A stretch of DNA of 64,000 bases. Source: Bugula neritina. Taxonomy: Eukaryota > Animalia > Bryozoa. Both the position numbers and the translations under genes were made by a program. The notes under the pieces were generated by a model. The model was not told where the DNA came from, made no database searches, and was given only the letters and a program-made list of their open reading frames with translations. The stretch spans positions 434,001-498,000 of the forward strand of contig OZ037766.1 of NCBI GenBank assembly GCA_964035545.1, written 5' to 3'. This document shows positions 61,229 to 64,000 of the stretch, in pieces. How positions within the stretch are numbered: position 1 is the first letter of the stretch; every line of letters starts with the position of its first letter.

Positions 61229-63151
61229 TTATTCCACTGGTGTAACTATAGGCTGAACTTTGTTGTTTTTGAAAGGAAGTTTCTTTTCAGCTTGAATTTT
61301 CTTCCTCCTCTGGTTGTACTCATAGTAAACTGTGAAGTTAGCTCCGATGATAGCAATAGGTAGGGCGGTGATCATTAGTCCAAACAGCATTATGACTGCT
61401 GCCACTGCATATCCGAGGGTGTTTTTAGGGTAATAGTCCCCGTATCCTACTGTAGTCATGGTTACTACCACCCACCAATAAGCTGCAACATTTCAACTCA
61501 GTTATAAACACAAGCAAACAATAAAAATCAGCGAAATTTCTCAATCAACGAAGACACACAAACCTGTTGGCACGCTGTCGATATTATAGCTGTCAACATC
61601 TCTCAGACTCAGGTAACCAATTGTTTCTGCGTAGAATATGATTGGTCCACAAAATAGACAGGAAATACCAACTACCGAGATGAGTAGACCGATCTCCTTT
61701 CTGCTGGCGTATATCGCCAGTATTAGTACTCTTAGTTCACTAAACAAGTGTATAGTATATACTCTATACGATTTACTCTACTCTCTATTAATAACCATTA
61801 CATATATTATTCATTAAAGGGTTAAATCAAGATTTTGATTTTTTCTTCAGTTTTGTCAAAGTGGCCCATGTATAATGTTTTGTTTCTTGATATAGTGAAT
61901 GCAATACAGTAGTAATTCTTGTTAAACATCTTCACTGTTACAGCTCATGCTACTTCCTGTCTAACAGCTGAATATTGTCGCCCAAATATCTAAACAAATA
62001 CCTTTTCACTGTCACTTAATTTTCTATGTAAATATATGTGTGAAAAGTTTCTCTGAAAATTTAAGTATACAGAGTTTCATACAATCTGCATGGTAAGCCT
62101 ATCTAAAGCTACATGTAACCCTACCCTCAACTTTGAAAGTGAAACTACATCTAACCCTACCCTCAACTTTGAAAGTGAAACTACATGTAACCCTACCCTC
62201 AACTTTGAAAGTAAAACTAGGTTTTATTTATAGCACTCTGTACCTGTAAATAGTTGCCAGCAATATCATCCTCAAGCACCGTAACTGCGTGATGAAGTAT
62301 AAGGCGCACTGTATAAAGTTCAAAGCTATGCACATCTCTAATCCTCTCGTTGGAATTACCGTGTTGACTGCCACACTTGCGTATAAAATAACCGGCATTA
62401 TCGTTACTATGGCATCGAGCATGTTCATTGACTTTAGAAAATGGCATTTCTTTGGGCAACTCACAAACCTTATTAAAATTTCTAAATCGAAGAATATGAA
62501 TGCGAGCAGGTCAATCAGGAAATATGCTCCAAATTCTATTTTCTCTTGAGAATAGGTGAGTGCCCAGGTGCATGCCTCGCTACTGAACATCAGTCCCATG
62601 TACTTCTGGTACGTCATGTTAGGTAGTCTTGGTGAGCGCTGCAATATCACTGGAGATGTGACCGCGGCTACATTAATACTGTGTATTATTACCATTCCAA
62701 AATACACCATCGTCCACGCTACAGCCAGCTTTCTGTTGTTGGTGTATGGTCCCATTGGGTCGGTCATGAAGTACCACACCCTGTCTCTCCACCTCAGTTC
62801 CCTCTCCAGTTCTATTCTTCTCTCAAACCACAGAAACTCTTTTTCCATCTCTTCATCTGTCTTGTCAATTCTTATTTGCTGACAGCAGTCTTCTATGGCT
62901 GACTTCTCAACTCCCCAGAACTGGAGCTGCTTGGTGAATGTCTGATAACACATGTTCTGTGGAACATGAAGTTCCCCTGTTCTGTGGTAACGTAAAACTT
63001 CTCTAAACACCTCCTCATCCGCATCAAAGAAGTATTCTGTACCTTCATTACCTGACAGGAGTTTACCCAGAGTTGTGTGTGGATATTTAGACAGTGTCTC
63101 TCTGGTGGTTACAAACCTCTGTCCTGATACGTTGATGACTATCCTGCTCAT
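61229..63151 (-). CDS. Divergent voltage-gated K+ channel alpha subunit (non-Shaker T1, Shaw/Shal-like), nested antisense in a GBF1 intron
   Basis: Exons 63151-62244, 61739-61564 and 61482-61229. T1 domain RIVINVSGQRF...EYFFD with the HX5CX20CC zinc motif; six hydrophobic segments; pore YWWVVVTMTTVGYGD; S6 ALPIAII. Confidence 0.92.
62110..62219. repeat. 36-bp tandem repeat x3 (CTACATGTAACCCTACCCTCAACTTTGAAAGTGAAA)
   Basis: Lies in the Kv intron. Confidence 0.85.
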
Positions 63152-64000
63152 AGTATTTCAGTTGAACAAGTCAAATGATTGTATTAGAACCTTGCTATTA
63201 CCTAATCTTCACTCAGCTTTGCAATCATCTGGTGTTTGTTTCATTTTTATAATAATGTGTTTTCTTTTCTGGTGTATTGATTTTCAATAGGACAGCCAGT
63301 TGTTGAAATCTGGTGTCAGAGTCATGAGTGGAGTGAGCTGCTATACATCAAGATATTAAATATCATTTTGAATATAAATGCAAACAATCACAGTTGTTTA
63401 ATTGCAATGGATATCGTTGTAAATAGCTCATTACACTTGCAAATTTTGTCATCCAATCTGAAGCTCATGGATCTAAAAGTTCACAGCTCTTACTTTGCAT
63501 ATAATATTGAACTTATATACATGGAATAACTGTGAATATTGAATATTGTTGATGACCAGAAATATCATACTATATTTTATAATCCATATTCCGGAAGTAC
63601 TCTGTGAAGACATAAGAGTAAACCTATGTAATAATATTCTCTATTGCTCTGAAAAGACCGGATATATTATCAGTATTTCAAAAGTAGTGTGTTTTCATTT
63701 GAAGGTACTACTTGAGACTACATAGTGCTTAAGGCTATTTAGACTTGACTGTTCAAAGTGGATCCTTTTATTGGTCATAATTTTAGTGACATGTTATGTG
63801 ATACAGGAAGTAACGTTGGGTTTGGGGGACAATTTCTCTCAACTAGTCTTGAAATTATGAGCTGCATTTATATTCACGTCACTTCATGAACAATATTGCT
63901 GCAAGATATTAGTTACAGAACCTGTTTTGTTATAAGTTGAGTGAAATACTACAATATATGAGCATATAATGATTACTATCTGAGGTTTAGTATTAATATG

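Noticed and set aside
61810-61872. piggyBac-like end AAAGGG|TTAA
   Set aside because: No matching opposite terminus found.
62110-62219. Telomere-like TAACCCT motifs
   Set aside because: Single occurrences within a 36-bp unit, not (TTAGGG)n or (TTAGG)n arrays.

Overview
AT-rich, intron-containing animal DNA, probably an invertebrate; the taxon cannot be fixed from the sequence alone. Hand-spliced gene models, left to right: astacin-family metalloprotease (- strand, runs off the left edge inside a >5.7 kb 19-bp satellite); VCPKMT/METTL21D (-); GH37 trehalase (+) with a pogo/CENP-B-like HTH-only ORF in intron 1; tyrosine decarboxylase (+); a secreted SRCR-EGF-EGF-ZP-ZP protein (+); mevalonate kinase (-) head-to-head with GBF1 (+, runs off the right edge); and a divergent Kv channel nested antisense in a GBF1 intron. 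Mobile DNA: a hAT/Buster-type MITE, a fold-back TA-target MITE, a (TA)n-embedded element carrying a minisatellite, and a LINE 3' fragment. The most striking pattern is that in six genes, intronic tandem repeats are copies of that intron's own splice junction, giving ladders of decoy donors or acceptors (up to 24 copies); a seventh gene, VCPKMT, has an array copied from its pyrimidine tract. The copy that gives the conserved protein is always the one next to the exon. Exon coordinates were derived by eye and may be off by a few bases.
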